Shown: positions 35,083 through 45,924, counted from the first letter of the stretch. The stretch is DNA of 64,000 nucleotides from an uncultured Roseobacteraceae bacterium (GCA_964394585.1 CAYMYI010000001.1:8713-72712); one strand, 5' to 3'. Notes: generated from the letters alone by a model not told the origin. Made by a program: numbers and translations.

Positions 35083-37566
35083 ATGTATTTCCCTCCTCCA
35101 TATTACAGCATCATCTTTGGCAGATTAGCCAGGAACTTTTCCGGTCATCTGTATGGCTTTATGGTATTTTTAAGTATTGTAGGTTGTACGCCGGAGTCGC
35201 TACAAGAAAACGCCACAACCGATTATGAAGTATCTTCCCTTCAGGAACAGCTAAAAGGGTTGCCTTCCATCAAAGGGCAAGAGCGTTATCTTGCCTCACC
35301 TTCGGTAACGGCAGGCGACCGTGTGTATGCCGTAGGCCACCAAGATGGCTCCTTTCCAGATATCGGGTGGCACGTTGAAGGGGAAATGGGAGGCATTTGG
35401 TGTCATCCTATCAAGCTATTAGATGGATTTACCGCGCATATTGCAACGGAAGACCAACGTATTTGCCTTACCAAAGCCGATGCCTTCATCAATTATCCAA
35501 TGGCTACTCAACGCTCATACTCTTTACCCAATATTGGGTTAGAGGTACAACGGCTTCAGTTCGTCCCCGACCAAATAAACGGAATGATGGTTGAATACAC
35601 CTTCGAAAATCAAACCCAATCGCCCATCCATTTTCAGTTTTCGTTCAGTGGCTTTACCGACTTAAGCCCAGTTTGGTTAGCCGAACAAGCAGGCATTCGC
35701 GATGGTACCGATACACTCACCTACCTCGAGTCGGGCGATTTTCTTGCCCGCGACTCCCAAAACGAATGGTTTGCTACATGGGGAGCACAGCAAGCCCCTT
35801 CCGAACATTCGTACCGTAGTGCATGCAACTTTACAAGAAGAGGAAAAGGAACGGTTGGCACGCTCACCTACTCATTAGAAGTAGCGGCAAAGCAGACTAC
35901 TACGCTCCAGCTTTTTATTGCAGGTTCTTACACTTCAGAAATTGAGGCTACAGAAACACTTCAAGAACTTAAAAAACACAGCGATACACTCATCCGAAGC
36001 AAAAAAGAACGCTACCAAACCATTGCCGAAACAGCCAAGCTGACCATCCCCGATACTACCTTGCAGCAAGCATTCGAATGGGTGAAATACAATACCGATT
36101 GGCTTATCCGCGAAGTGCCTGCTATCGGTCGAGGTCTCTCAGCTGGTATTCCCGATTATCCTTGGTGGTTTGGCTGCGACAATACCTATGCCTTACAAGG
36201 GGTATTAGCAACTGGCCGTCCCAATCTCGCCAAAGAGACCTTGCAATTGCTCCATCAGCTTTCAGAAAACACGAATGGAAATGGGCGGATTATTCACGAG
36301 GCTTCCACTAACGGGGTGGTGTTTAACCCTGGCAATCTTAACGAGACCCCACACTTTGCCTACATGCTATGGAATTACTACGAATGGACCGGCGACCGTG
36401 CTTTTTTGGAAGCACTTTACCCTACCGTGAAACAGGGTCTACAGTGGTTGCTTACCACACAAGACGCCGACGGGAACTACTGCCCCGAGGGTGCCGGTAT
36501 GATGGAAATTCATGGGCTCGACTCTGAAATGATTGATGTGGCTGTTTACACCCAACAAGGCCTTGAAGCCGCCGCTAAAATGGCTGAGATTTTTGGTGAA
36601 AATGAATGGAAGATGAAATACCAACAGGCTGCCGATTCGATTAAGCTACAAATCAATGAAAATTGGTGGGTTGAAGAGGCAGGCTCTTTTGCCGATTTTA
36701 TAGCCGATAAAGCCAAAGCCTTAGAATTAGTGAGTGGTGCAATTATTCGAGCAGATACCCTACAAAAACCTTGGGCCGTTGCCGAATTACAAGCTGTACA
36801 AAAGCAAATGCAAGCGCTACCCTCCAATGCCAAGCAGGGCTTTGTAGTTTACCACAACTGGGTAGTTAATACTCCTATGGAAATGGGAATTGCAGACTCC
36901 GCCAAAGCCCTGAGAGCTTTAGATACCGGGCGAAAATTTGTGAATCCGTTTGGGGTATTTGTTACAGGGATTGACCGCGACGAGTCTGCAGGCACCGATG
37001 ATAGTTCCTTTGCCGAAGACATGGAAATATTCTCGTATGTGGGTGCCGTAATGACCCTGCCTACAGGCGTACAGGCGATTGCAGAGAGCAACTATGGCAG
37101 GCCGAACCAGGCTCTCGACTACCTTCATCGTATGGTGAACTCGTTTAGTTATGCTCTGCCTGGTAGTATGTACGAGGTTTCTCCCGATTTTGGGATGATG
37201 GCACAAGCATGGAACATCTATGCACTTGCTAAACCTATTGTTCATCATTTTTTTGGTATCAGACCAGAAGCATGGCGAGCATACATAGCCATACGCCCGC
37301 AAATGCCCGATACTTGGCATAATGTTTCCCTTGAAAACCTCCCTATTGCCGAGAACGCTATTAGTATTTATAAGAAAGCTGAAGAGAACAAAGAACATTA
37401 CACCATTGAGCAAAAAGATGGTAATTGGCAAATCGAATTCATCCTTCCATACACTGCCGGCATGGCAGTACATGTGAACGATACCCCTCTCAAATTAATG
37501 ATTGAAGGTACCGAAGTTCGAATAGACCTATCAGGAATGCAGAATGACCTTACCGTAACTCGTTAG
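35083..37566 (+). CDS. Six-hairpin glycoside hydrolase-like lipoprotein (amylo-alpha-1,6-glucosidase/GDE_C-like)
   Basis: Possible lipobox SIVGC. The central (alpha/alpha)6-type region WWFGCDNTYALQGVLATG...ETPHFAYMLWNYYEWTGD resembles glycogen-debranching C-domain proteins. The start is uncertain. Confidence 0.6.
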   Translation: MYFPPPYYSIIFGRLARNFSGHLYGFMVFLSIVGCTPESLQENATTDYEVSSLQEQLKGLPSIKGQERYLASPSVTAGDRVYAVGHQDGSFPDIGWHVEGEMGGIWCHPIKLLDGFTAHIATEDQRICLTKADAFINYPMATQRSYSLPNIGLEVQRLQFVPDQINGMMVEYTFENQTQSPIHFQFSFSGFTDLSPVWLAEQAGIRDGTDTLTYLESGDFLARDSQNEWFATWGAQQAPSEHSYRSACNFTRRGKGTVGTLTYSLEVAAKQTTTLQLFIAGSYTSEIEATETLQELKKHSDTLIRSKKERYQTIAETAKLTIPDTTLQQAFEWVKYNTDWLIREVPAIGRGLSAGIPDYPWWFGCDNTYALQGVLATGRPNLAKETLQLLHQLSENTNGNGRIIHEASTNGVVFNPGNLNETPHFAYMLWNYYEWTGDRAFLEALYPTVKQGLQWLLTTQDADGNYCPEGAGMMEIHGLDSEMIDVAVYTQQGLEAAAKMAEIFGENEWKMKYQQAADSIKLQINENWWVEEAGSFADFIADKAKALELVSGAIIRADTLQKPWAVAELQAVQKQMQALPSNAKQGFVVYHNWVVNTPMEMGIADSAKALRALDTGRKFVNPFGVFVTGIDRDESAGTDDSSFAEDMEIFSYVGAVMTLPTGVQAIAESNYGRPNQALDYLHRMVNSFSYALPGSMYEVSPDFGMMAQAWNIYALAKPIVHHFFGIRPEAWRAYIAIRPQMPDTWHNVSLENLPIAENAISIYKKAEENKEHYTIEQKDGNWQIEFILPYTAGMAVHVNDTPLKLMIEGTEVRIDLSGMQNDLTVTR

Positions 37567-37572
37567 CACGGC

Positions 37573-39714
37573 TCAATACCGTATGCCTACAACCAGTACA
37601 TCGTCGGTTTGGCGTTGAGTTCCTTTCCAACGGTCAAACTCCTCTGCCAATGCTGTTTGCTGTTTTTCCATCGGCAGTCCAGATATTTGGAATAAGAACT
37701 CTCTGAACTTAGCCGACATGTATTTCCTTGGGTATGCATCGTCTCCTCCAAATTGATCTTGGTACCCATCAGAAAACATGTAGAACGTAGTACCTGGTGC
37801 AAGTGGAACCTCGTGCGTTTCAAAGATTTTTTCTTGGGTAGCGGGTACGCTTTCGATGGTAAACTTCGAACCTTTAATCCGATGCATTTCCGTTTTCCCA
37901 GTCGAATTGGTAGTTACATAACAGAGTGGATTTTTTGCTCCCGAATAGGTTACTTTTTGCGCAATTTCATCAAACACGAGCACTACCATATCCATCCCAT
38001 CTTTAGTTTGCTCAGCACGATGTTCCCTGTACAACAAACTAAACAACCGTTGCTCTACTCGGTATAAAATATCGCATGGTTCTGTTATATTATACTCGTT
38101 GACTACTTCATCAAGAATTTGGTTGCCAACAATGGTCATGAAAGCCCCAGGTACGCCATGCCCGGTGCAATCGGCCACTACCACAATCTTCTTTTTATTC
38201 TTTTGGGCATACCAATAGAAATCGCCGCTTACAATATCACGCGGACGAAAAAAGATGAAGGACTGCGGAAACTTTGTTAGAATTTGCTCCCCTGTTCCGA
38301 GCATCGCATTTTGAATGCGTCTGGCGTATCGCACGCTGTGCGTAATATTATCGTACGCCTTTTGTAATTCTTTGGTGCTTTTGGTAAGCTCTTCGGTACG
38401 CTGCTCAACTTTAATTTCTAAGTTTTCAGATAAATCTTCTACTTTATTAAATGCAACTGAAAATCGATACGAAAGCACAAAAAGCTGAATGAGCAAAAAT
38501 ACGCCAAACCCTACCGGAATAAGCTCACTTTCGATTCCGCCCCCAATCCCTTGCGTATGCAAAATATCGTTGACCGCCGTGAGAACAATGACCACAATCC
38601 CCACCATTTGCCAGGTACTTTCAGGGCGCTTATGCAAAGCGGCTTTCACTAATACATACACAATGTATAGGGCAAAAACGGCGGTTGCACCTACCAGTAT
38701 GGGCGTGATGGCAAACATCCAAGCTAGCGGCAGCACGGCAGCAAGAGCAGTGTATGCAAAGGCTGTAATCACCAGCACTTTCACCACCTTTGCATGGGCT
38801 TCAATGGGGTATAACGAGCGTACATAGAGCAATCCGAAAGGCACTACCACAAAAATAGAGAGGTAGTAAATCTTGGGTTGAATCCCCAACACAAACCCAT
38901 CGAGGTAAATTACAAAGTACTCGTATAGGTAGTGATCGCCAAAATCGAGAACTTTAATCGCCATGATGGTGCATATCGCCCCAAAATACAAGGTGGAAAT
39001 CGTCCGTTTCCGAAAAAACCAGAGCACAAAATGGTAGATTGCCATGATTAACAAACATCCTATCCAAATCAAATTTCCTGCATTGATCAGTTCTTTGCGG
39101 TTAAATACGCCATCGTACGTGCCTACATAAAAAGTTTCTTTGATACCCGATAAGAAAAAATTATAGTTTGAAACCTGAACGATAATTTCAATGGTGTTAT
39201 CCGACATTTGAAAGGGCACTACTCCATCAACCACCCCTTTAAAACCACTATTTTCTTGCTTGCCTACTATTCCGAAAGAATCGACCAATTGCCCGTTTAC
39301 CCATACTTTGCGCGCACCCCAAATCATAGGTATGAGTAAACCGGGGTTTTGAATGGGCTCTTTTAACGTAACATTCAGGCGGAAGGTAGCAAACCCTTTG
39401 GCGGGGTGGAGTTCGCCTTGCGTATCGGGGTTTGCCGTCCATGAACCAGGTACTCGGATGTAGTGAGGTTGAGGAACAGTTCCCTTCGAAAAATCATCGG
39501 GTGTTAAGAGGGCTTGCCAATAGAATTCCCATTCTCCTTCTAAACTCGCATGTTCCAACCCCACCAAGGTAACAGATTGCCAGTTAGCAACCCCTTTCAC
39601 GGGCGTTCCTTCGGGCGGCACTGGCTTAGAGCAGCCTGCCAATACAATGCTTAAAGAAAGAAAATAGAATAAATAACGCATGGGTTGAAAAAATCGAAGT
39701 CGTGTATATTTCAA
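37573..39714 (-). CDS. 7TMR-DISM receptor fused to a PP2C/SpoIIE phosphatase
   Basis: Signal/lipobox, an extracellular beta-rich domain, seven TM helices, a coiled coil, then PP2C motifs (SGDFYWY, DCTGHGVPGAFM, FSDGYQDQ, DDVLVVGIR). Confidence 0.8.
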   Translation of the reverse strand: MKYTRLRFFQPMRYLFYFLSLSIVLAGCSKPVPPEGTPVKGVANWQSVTLVGLEHASLEGEWEFYWQALLTPDDFSKGTVPQPHYIRVPGSWTANPDTQGELHPAKGFATFRLNVTLKEPIQNPGLLIPMIWGARKVWVNGQLVDSFGIVGKQENSGFKGVVDGVVPFQMSDNTIEIIVQVSNYNFFLSGIKETFYVGTYDGVFNRKELINAGNLIWIGCLLIMAIYHFVLWFFRKRTISTLYFGAICTIMAIKVLDFGDHYLYEYFVIYLDGFVLGIQPKIYYLSIFVVVPFGLLYVRSLYPIEAHAKVVKVLVITAFAYTALAAVLPLAWMFAITPILVGATAVFALYIVYVLVKAALHKRPESTWQMVGIVVIVLTAVNDILHTQGIGGGIESELIPVGFGVFLLIQLFVLSYRFSVAFNKVEDLSENLEIKVEQRTEELTKSTKELQKAYDNITHSVRYARRIQNAMLGTGEQILTKFPQSFIFFRPRDIVSGDFYWYAQKNKKKIVVVADCTGHGVPGAFMTIVGNQILDEVVNEYNITEPCDILYRVEQRLFSLLYREHRAEQTKDGMDMVVLVFDEIAQKVTYSGAKNPLCYVTTNSTGKTEMHRIKGSKFTIESVPATQEKIFETHEVPLAPGTTFYMFSDGYQDQFGGDDAYPRKYMSAKFREFLFQISGLPMEKQQTALAEEFDRWKGTQRQTDDVLVVGIRY

Positions 39715-39789
39715 AGTAAACGAATAACTTTTTACATAGTCTTTTAAAATGGAAAAGAACAGTGGAAATGTCGCATAACTGACTTTTTG

Positions 39790-40380
39790 CTAATACAACG
39801 GCACATTGGGGCTATTCGGGGGGAGTTCTTTCCCCTTGTCATTCATCGTAAAGCCAAATACAGACCCACAAATTCCGCCAATAATATGGGCAAATTGCGA
39901 AATGTTATCGTTTGCCATAATGTTTACAATTTCCTTCCCTAAAAACAGCAATACTACTAAGATGAATGTAAGGGGGATGTGGCCTCTTTGCGCATTCACC
40001 ACAGAGCTTAAAAGTATAAACATGAAAACGATTCCGCTGGCACCGAGCAAACCTGTGGAAAATAGTAGAACATTGAGAATACCGGTTACCACAGCAGTGA
40101 TGAGCATCATAAATAATAGAGCCTGTGAGCCATATTTTTCTTCCAAAATAGGCCCTAGCAGCAAAATAAAGGTGAAATTGCCGACTAAGTGCTCCCATCC
40201 TCCATGCCCAATCACATGCGAGAAAAGACGCATGTAATCAAAAGGATTTGCCAAATTCATGGTAGGGTATACGGTAAAAAAGGGCATCACTTGCCCCAAA
40301 AGAAGAGGGTCTGTGGCTAATACCACCACGCAGGTTAGGGTAAAGGTCAGAATCACCGGAGCGTTGTAATGAATTTTCAT
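39790..40380 (-). CDS. Rhomboid-family intramembrane serine protease
   Basis: HxxxH...N (HVIGHGGWEHLVGN), catalytic GASGIVF and a downstream AHIIGG His. Confidence 0.8.
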   Translation of the reverse strand: MKIHYNAPVILTFTLTCVVVLATDPLLLGQVMPFFTVYPTMNLANPFDYMRLFSHVIGHGGWEHLVGNFTFILLLGPILEEKYGSQALLFMMLITAVVTGILNVLLFSTGLLGASGIVFMFILLSSVVNAQRGHIPLTFILVVLLFLGKEIVNIMANDNISQFAHIIGGICGSVFGFTMNDKGKELPPNSPNVPLY

Positions 40381-40481
40381 AGCAATGAGTTATCAACAAA
40401 ATAAGCGAACGTTCTTTCTAAGAAAAGATTTTTAAAAGTTAGTACTTTATACCGACCCTACCAATCTGCCTTCGTTACATT

Positions 40482-41123
40482 TTACACATAGAAGTATACG
40501 GTGGTAAAGTGGCAAAAACTTCCGGCGAGTACCCAAACATGAAACAAGGCATGGTTAAACGGAATGCGCTTTATGCTGTAAAACAAAGCGCCAATCATGT
40601 AGGAAAGCCCCCCTGCAAAAACCCAATAGGCCCCTTCTGTGCTCATATTCTTCAAAAACGTTTTAAAGGCAAATACGACCAACCAACCCATTGCCACATA
40701 CATTAAAGTGGATAGCACCTTATACCTGCCTGTGTAGAAAAGTTTGAGTACCATGCCTATACAGGCAAACCCCCATGCTAGTCCTAAAATTACCCAGCCT
40801 AACGTGCCCTGAATGGTAACCAGCGCAAAAGGGGTGTAGGATCCAGCAATGAGCACATAAATTGCCATATGGTCTAAAACCTTCATACGTTGCCGCCTTT
40901 TACCCTGGGGGCTGCTGTGATATCCTGTAGATGCCGCATATAGCAGCATAAGGCTTATTCCAAAAATGGTAAAACTCACCATTCGCAAGGTGCTCTCAAG
41001 CTCAATAGCCCTCAAGATTAAAAATATTGTGGCGATTACACTGAGGCATAACCCTATTAAGTGGGTACTTACATTCCATTTTTCTTCTAAAGGCGAATAG
41101 GCATTTTCTGAGGTCGGTTTCAT
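40482..41123 (-). CDS. Hemolysin III / PAQR-family membrane protein
   Basis: Seven-TM protein of 213 aa with HLIG, STGYHS, LDHMAIYVLIAGSYTP and HALFHVWV motifs. Confidence 0.85.
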   Translation of the reverse strand: MKPTSENAYSPLEEKWNVSTHLIGLCLSVIATIFLILRAIELESTLRMVSFTIFGISLMLLYAASTGYHSSPQGKRRQRMKVLDHMAIYVLIAGSYTPFALVTIQGTLGWVILGLAWGFACIGMVLKLFYTGRYKVLSTLMYVAMGWLVVFAFKTFLKNMSTEGAYWVFAGGLSYMIGALFYSIKRIPFNHALFHVWVLAGSFCHFTTVYFYV

Positions 41124-41352
41124 GTTTACAAATATAACCTACCCCTAAAAACAGTGATAAAATTATACGATTCGCAAAGCAAGTTATTTTAGTTTAGTGT
41201 ACTGATTTTCATATATTTATACTCAATAACTCACTAGGAGTTCATAAAGGCTTCACTAATGATACATATATTGTTAAATGTAATTTAATGTACTTTCAGG
41301 CACATTCAGAGTTCTAAAAATGATTTTTGTGAAACACTAAGACAGAAGTATT

Positions 41353-42183
41353 ATGAAAAAAAGTATTCTTATAGGTGCGCTTTGGTTGTGTTTCGGACAA
41401 CTGCAAGCACAAACCGTTCAAATTAAGGGAAGTGATACGATGCTACCATTGGTGCAAGCACTCATTGAAATCTACATGGAGGTACACAACGATAAAAAAG
41501 TAAGTGTTACCGGTGGCGGAAGTGGTACTGGTATTGTTGCGCTAATGGATGGCTCTGTGGATGTAGCGATGGCATCGCGCAGTCTGAAAACAAGTGAAAA
41601 GCTAAAACTCAACAATGCTGGTAAAAAATATATTGAGAAAGTCATCGCTTTTGATGCCCTTTCCATCATTGTGCATCCTTCTAACCCTGTGAACCAACTC
41701 ACACGCGAACAATTGGAGGGCATTTTTACCGGTAAAATCACTAATTGGAAAGACGTGGGAGGAAAAGACATGCCCATTGTTGTATTCACTCGGGAAAGTA
41801 GCTCAGGAACGTATGAGTTCATGAAAGAGCATGTAATGGCGAAAAAAGAGTTTGCCAACACAGCAATCGGTAGCCCTTCAAATGCCGGGATTGTACAATC
41901 GGTAAGTCAAACTCCTGGTGGTATCGGCTATGTGGGTCTTGCTTACATCGAAGATGTGATTACCCCTGTTTCAGTTTCATTTGGAGGAAAAGAGTTTATA
42001 AAACCTTCGTTTAAGAATGCGCTAGATAATGTATATCCGATTTCACGACCTCTACACTTGTACTATTTGCAGTCTTCTGCGAAAAACGTACAAGAATTTA
42101 TAGATTTTGTAATGACGCCACTTGGGCAAGAAATGGTTACACACAAAGGCTATATCCCTAAGCAATGGGATGGCAGTAAATAA
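41353..42183 (+). CDS. pstS: Phosphate ABC transporter substrate-binding protein PstS
   Basis: IKGSDTMLPL, GGGSGTG, LTREQLEGIFTGKITNWKDVGG, RESSSGT. Confidence 0.9.
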   Translation: MKKSILIGALWLCFGQLQAQTVQIKGSDTMLPLVQALIEIYMEVHNDKKVSVTGGGSGTGIVALMDGSVDVAMASRSLKTSEKLKLNNAGKKYIEKVIAFDALSIIVHPSNPVNQLTREQLEGIFTGKITNWKDVGGKDMPIVVFTRESSSGTYEFMKEHVMAKKEFANTAIGSPSNAGIVQSVSQTPGGIGYVGLAYIEDVITPVSVSFGGKEFIKPSFKNALDNVYPISRPLHLYYLQSSAKNVQEFIDFVMTPLGQEMVTHKGYIPKQWDGSK

Positions 42184-42200
42184 TATAAACGCCAACGTTC

Positions 42201-43388
42201 ATGCAGTTGAACAAGATACTCGGTCAGCTTATACAAATTATCATCTATGCAAGTGGGGTTACAAGTGCACTCATTGTATGTTTGATAGTCATCTTTTTGT
42301 TTAGGGAAGGGGCGGGACTTTTTTCCCGCATTCCTCTTACCGAAACGTTTGCTGTGGCGGTTCATTCCGATAACCCAATCAGTGTGTTAGAGCCACTGGA
42401 AATTCGCCAAGTTATCGAAAAAGACCTTACAAAATGGAGCCAAACTACCGAGTGGGAGCACCCTGTAGAATTACTTACGATGGACGAAATTGGCGAATAT
42501 TTCACAGAAGAAGAGCTCGGTGCCGATTTTGAATTTTTAAATCAGCGCATTGCAGAGTTTCTCACTACTCGGAAGGGTGCCCTAGCCATTCTTCCTAAAG
42601 ATTACCTCCCGCAAAATGCCAAATTCGTCGATATTGATAAAGTTTCGCTGCAAACTTTCGTTACAGGGAAAGACTGGTATCCTACGGCAATGCCATCGCC
42701 CCAACTAGGAGTCTTACCCATTATATTAGGTACGATGTGGGTTACCTTTGGCGCCGGATTGATTGCCTTGCCCATCGGCGTAGCGATTGCCATTTACCTA
42801 GCCGAAGTAGCCCATAAACGGATACGTAGCATTGTAAAACCGATTATTGAGCTTCTTGCAGGCATTCCTTCCATTGTGTATGGCTTCTTTGGTTTGGTAG
42901 TTTTAGTACCTTTAATACAATCATGGTTTAATTTGCCTGTAGGCGAAACAGCCCTCACCGGAAGTATCATTTTAGCGTTTATGGCGCTTCCTACAGTCAT
43001 CACACTTTCCGAAGATGCCATTCGCTCTACTCCCATCGAATTAAAAGAAGCTAGCTTAGCACTAGGTGCTAATCGTTGGCAATCGATAGTGCGTATTATC
43101 TTACCCTATGCTTCATCAGGGATTACCGCAGCTTGTATTTTGGGGTTAGGGCGTGCCTTTGGAGAAACCATGGCAGTGCTCATGGTAACGGGGAATGCCG
43201 CTGTGATGCCCCAATCGTTTTTACAACCGGTGCGAACTATTACGGCGACCATCGCAGCCGAACTTGGCGAAGCCCCTCAAGGAGGCATCCATTACGAAGC
43301 CCTCTTTGCATTGGGTAGTATACTTTTTCTATTCACCTTTCTTATCAATCTTACTTCCAGCTTGCTAGCTGCTAAACAGAAAGGATAG
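42201..43388 (+). CDS. pstC: Phosphate ABC transporter permease PstC with an enlarged first periplasmic loop
   Basis: The PstC core includes the EAA loop (EASLALGANRWQSIVRIILP). An insertion of about 90 aa lies between TM1 and TM2. Confidence 0.85.
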   Translation: MQLNKILGQLIQIIIYASGVTSALIVCLIVIFLFREGAGLFSRIPLTETFAVAVHSDNPISVLEPLEIRQVIEKDLTKWSQTTEWEHPVELLTMDEIGEYFTEEELGADFEFLNQRIAEFLTTRKGALAILPKDYLPQNAKFVDIDKVSLQTFVTGKDWYPTAMPSPQLGVLPIILGTMWVTFGAGLIALPIGVAIAIYLAEVAHKRIRSIVKPIIELLAGIPSIVYGFFGLVVLVPLIQSWFNLPVGETALTGSIILAFMALPTVITLSEDAIRSTPIELKEASLALGANRWQSIVRIILPYASSGITAACILGLGRAFGETMAVLMVTGNAAVMPQSFLQPVRTITATIAAELGEAPQGGIHYEALFALGSILFLFTFLINLTSSLLAAKQKG

Positions 43389-43389
43389 C

Positions 43390-44244
43390 ATGAACAAGAA
43401 CACGATACAAGCCGGCATATTCGCTTTTTTAGGGCTGCTTTCTTTGTTAGTAGTATCTTTAGTAGGGATTCTCATTCTTTTCATTTTTATGCGGGGAGCC
43501 TCTATCATCAGTTGGGAGTTTCTTTCACAGCCGCCCAAAAATGGAATGATGGAAGGTGGGGTATTTCCCGCAATTATAGGCACATTGATGCTAGTATTGG
43601 GCAGTTGCTTTTTTGCTTTTCCCATCGGGATTTTAGCAGGCATTTTCATGAACGAATATGCGAAGGAAAATGTGTTTAAAAAGTTTATTAGTATGATGAC
43701 CAACAATCTGGCCGGTATCCCTTCCGTTGTATTCGGTTTGTTCGGTTTATCTCTTTTTGTCAATACATTTAATTTAGGCGTAAGTGCCCTTGCAGGAGCT
43801 TTAACGCTAGGCCTTATGATTCTGCCTATTGTCGTTACTACTACGGAAGAATCGCTCAAACAAGTAGAAAATAATTACCGCTTGGCAAGCTATGCTATGG
43901 GGGCCAGCAAGTGGTACACTATCCGTAAAATAATACTTCCTGCCGCTATGCCAAATATCATTACCGGGCTGATTATCTCCATAGGGCGTGTCGCCGGAGA
44001 AACCGCTCCTATCATTTTTACGGCGGCAGCCTATTTCCTGCCCGATGTTACCTTTTCATTCATGGAGCCTGTAATGGCACTCCCCTATCACCTGTATGTA
44101 ATAGCAACAAGTGGTACTAACCTAGAAGCTTCGCGAGAAATCGCCTTTGGTACAGCGCTCATTCTCATTACGATTATATTAATCTTAAATCTTCTTGCGA
44201 ATTTTCTGCGAATTCAGTTGAGCAAATACACGAAAACACGATAA
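43390..44244 (+). CDS. pstA: Phosphate ABC transporter permease PstA
   Basis: Six-TM permease with LASYAMGASKWYTIRKIILP and the PstA-typical AAAYF region. Confidence 0.9.
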   Translation: MNKNTIQAGIFAFLGLLSLLVVSLVGILILFIFMRGASIISWEFLSQPPKNGMMEGGVFPAIIGTLMLVLGSCFFAFPIGILAGIFMNEYAKENVFKKFISMMTNNLAGIPSVVFGLFGLSLFVNTFNLGVSALAGALTLGLMILPIVVTTTEESLKQVENNYRLASYAMGASKWYTIRKIILPAAMPNIITGLIISIGRVAGETAPIIFTAAAYFLPDVTFSFMEPVMALPYHLYVIATSGTNLEASREIAFGTALILITIILILNLLANFLRIQLSKYTKTR

Positions 44245-44247
44245 ACT

Positions 44248-45003
44248 ATGGACTATGCAATAGAAACGCACAAGTTGAACTTGTTCTATGGTGAAAAGCA
44301 GGCGTTGTTCGATGTAGAAATGCCCATAGAATCCAAAACCATTACTGCGTTTATTGGACCTTCGGGGTGTGGGAAATCTACCCTCTTACGTGTGTTCAAT
44401 CGCATGAACGATTTGATCGAAAGTGTGCGTATCGAAGGGGAAGTATTGGTAGAAGGGCAAAACATTTACGACAAGCAATTGGACGTAAACGAATTGCGCA
44501 AGCGCATTGGAATGGTATTCCAAAAGCCCACCCCTTTCCCTAAATCTATCTTTGAAAATGTAGCGTATGGACTTCGCGTAAACGGTGTGAGTAACAAGTC
44601 TGAAATTGACGACACCGTAGAAATGGCACTGAAGGAAGCTGCCTTATGGGAGGAGGTAAAAGATGACCTAAAAAAATCGGCGCTTTCTCTATCGGGAGGG
44701 CAACAGCAACGCTTGTGTATTGCACGAACCATCGCTGTAAAGCCCGAAATCATTTTGATGGACGAGCCTACATCGGCGCTCGACCCAATCTCTACTACCA
44801 AAGTCGAGGAGTTGATTTTTGAACTACAAAAAGAGTTTACGATTGTGATTGTAACTCATAACATGCAACAAGCCATGCGGGTGAGCCATAAAACGGCTTT
44901 TATGTACGAAGGCTATTTGATAGAGTACGACGACACCAACACTATTTTTAACAATCCCGCACAAGAACGTACTCAAAACTACATTGCCGGCAAATTTGGT
45001 TGA
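44248..45003 (+). CDS. pstB: Phosphate ABC transporter ATP-binding protein PstB
   Basis: Walker [10 protein letters not shown], signature LSGGQQQRL, Walker [12 protein letters not shown], and PstB-type termini. Confidence 0.95.
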   Translation: MDYAIETHKLNLFYGEKQALFDVEMPIESKTITAFIGPSGCGKSTLLRVFNRMNDLIESVRIEGEVLVEGQNIYDKQLDVNELRKRIGMVFQKPTPFPKSIFENVAYGLRVNGVSNKSEIDDTVEMALKEAALWEEVKDDLKKSALSLSGGQQQRLCIARTIAVKPEIILMDEPTSALDPISTTKVEELIFELQKEFTIVIVTHNMQQAMRVSHKTAFMYEGYLIEYDDTNTIFNNPAQERTQNYIAGKFG

Positions 45004-45033
45004 TTTGTCATTCTACTGAAGCAAGATGCTTGC

Positions 45034-45846
45034 TCATACGCAAGCATCGTACAGTGTTTTCGCCAATAGGGCATCAAGATCTTGGTCTACCAACAAATGC
45101 CCTTTATCCATTACATGCAGGGTAGCGCACAGTAAGGGCGCGGCAAACTGTTCTCCTCCTTTTACCGGAATTACCTCGTCGCGGATACCGTAGAACATTT
45201 CTACAGGAATTTCTCGCGCATTTAGCAACGATTGGATGTGGGAAAGATCCGGCACAAATGCATGTACTGAATCGTAAATTCGAAAAAAGCGTAAACGTTG
45301 TTCTTTGGTATAAAAATGATTAAAGGTGAAATCGTGTAAGAATTTAGAGAGGAGTTTCAAACGGAAGGCGATGCGAACAATCGCAAAGAACAAAGGAGGA
45401 ATTTGCATAAAAAATTTGATAATGCGGACAAGCCAACGCGGTGTTGAAATTACATCGTACAACTGATGGGTCAGGATACCATCAGGTGCCAATAGATACA
45501 CCTTATCGAGTTCATCGGCAAATTTAGGAATCATCGTAAGTGTTATTTTCCCTCCCATGCTGTAGCCCATAAGAGTGATCCGCGTTTTTTGTTCCCTCTG
45601 CATTACGAGGCGGATAATCTGTTCAATATCTTGTTGGGTAAAGATGCCTTCTTTCCATTGAGTATCGCCGTGGTAAGGAAAGCTTAGGGCATACACCGTG
45701 TATTTTTGAGAGAGCGAGGGGGCTAAATGCCGAAATAAGCGGGCATTATCGCCAAACCCGTGCATTGCCACTAGCAAGTGGTCGCCATTGCCAAATTTTA
45801 AACATTCAATTTTAGATTGCCGATAAGGCAGGTATATAGTTTCCAT
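45034..45846 (-). CDS. Alpha/beta-fold hydrolase
   Basis: HGFGDN oxyanion region, nucleophile elbow GYSMGG, C-terminal GHLL. Confidence 0.7.
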   Translation of the reverse strand: METIYLPYRQSKIECLKFGNGDHLLVAMHGFGDNARLFRHLAPSLSQKYTVYALSFPYHGDTQWKEGIFTQQDIEQIIRLVMQREQKTRITLMGYSMGGKITLTMIPKFADELDKVYLLAPDGILTHQLYDVISTPRWLVRIIKFFMQIPPLFFAIVRIAFRLKLLSKFLHDFTFNHFYTKEQRLRFFRIYDSVHAFVPDLSHIQSLLNAREIPVEMFYGIRDEVIPVKGGEQFAAPLLCATLHVMDKGHLLVDQDLDALLAKTLYDACV

Positions 45847-45883
45847 GAAGATTAGGTTAAGATTCTTTAGGGCAAAAGGAAAA

Positions 45884-45924
45884 CATAAAAAAGCCAGTGG
45901 AACGGGAAGATCGCACTGGCTTTT
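45884..45924 (-). terminator. Intrinsic terminator after the thiolase gene
   Basis: AAGCCAGTG (45891-45899) and CACTGGCTT (45914-45922) form a 9-bp stem. The minus strand reads stem-loop-stem followed by TTTTATGTTTT. Confidence 0.65.
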
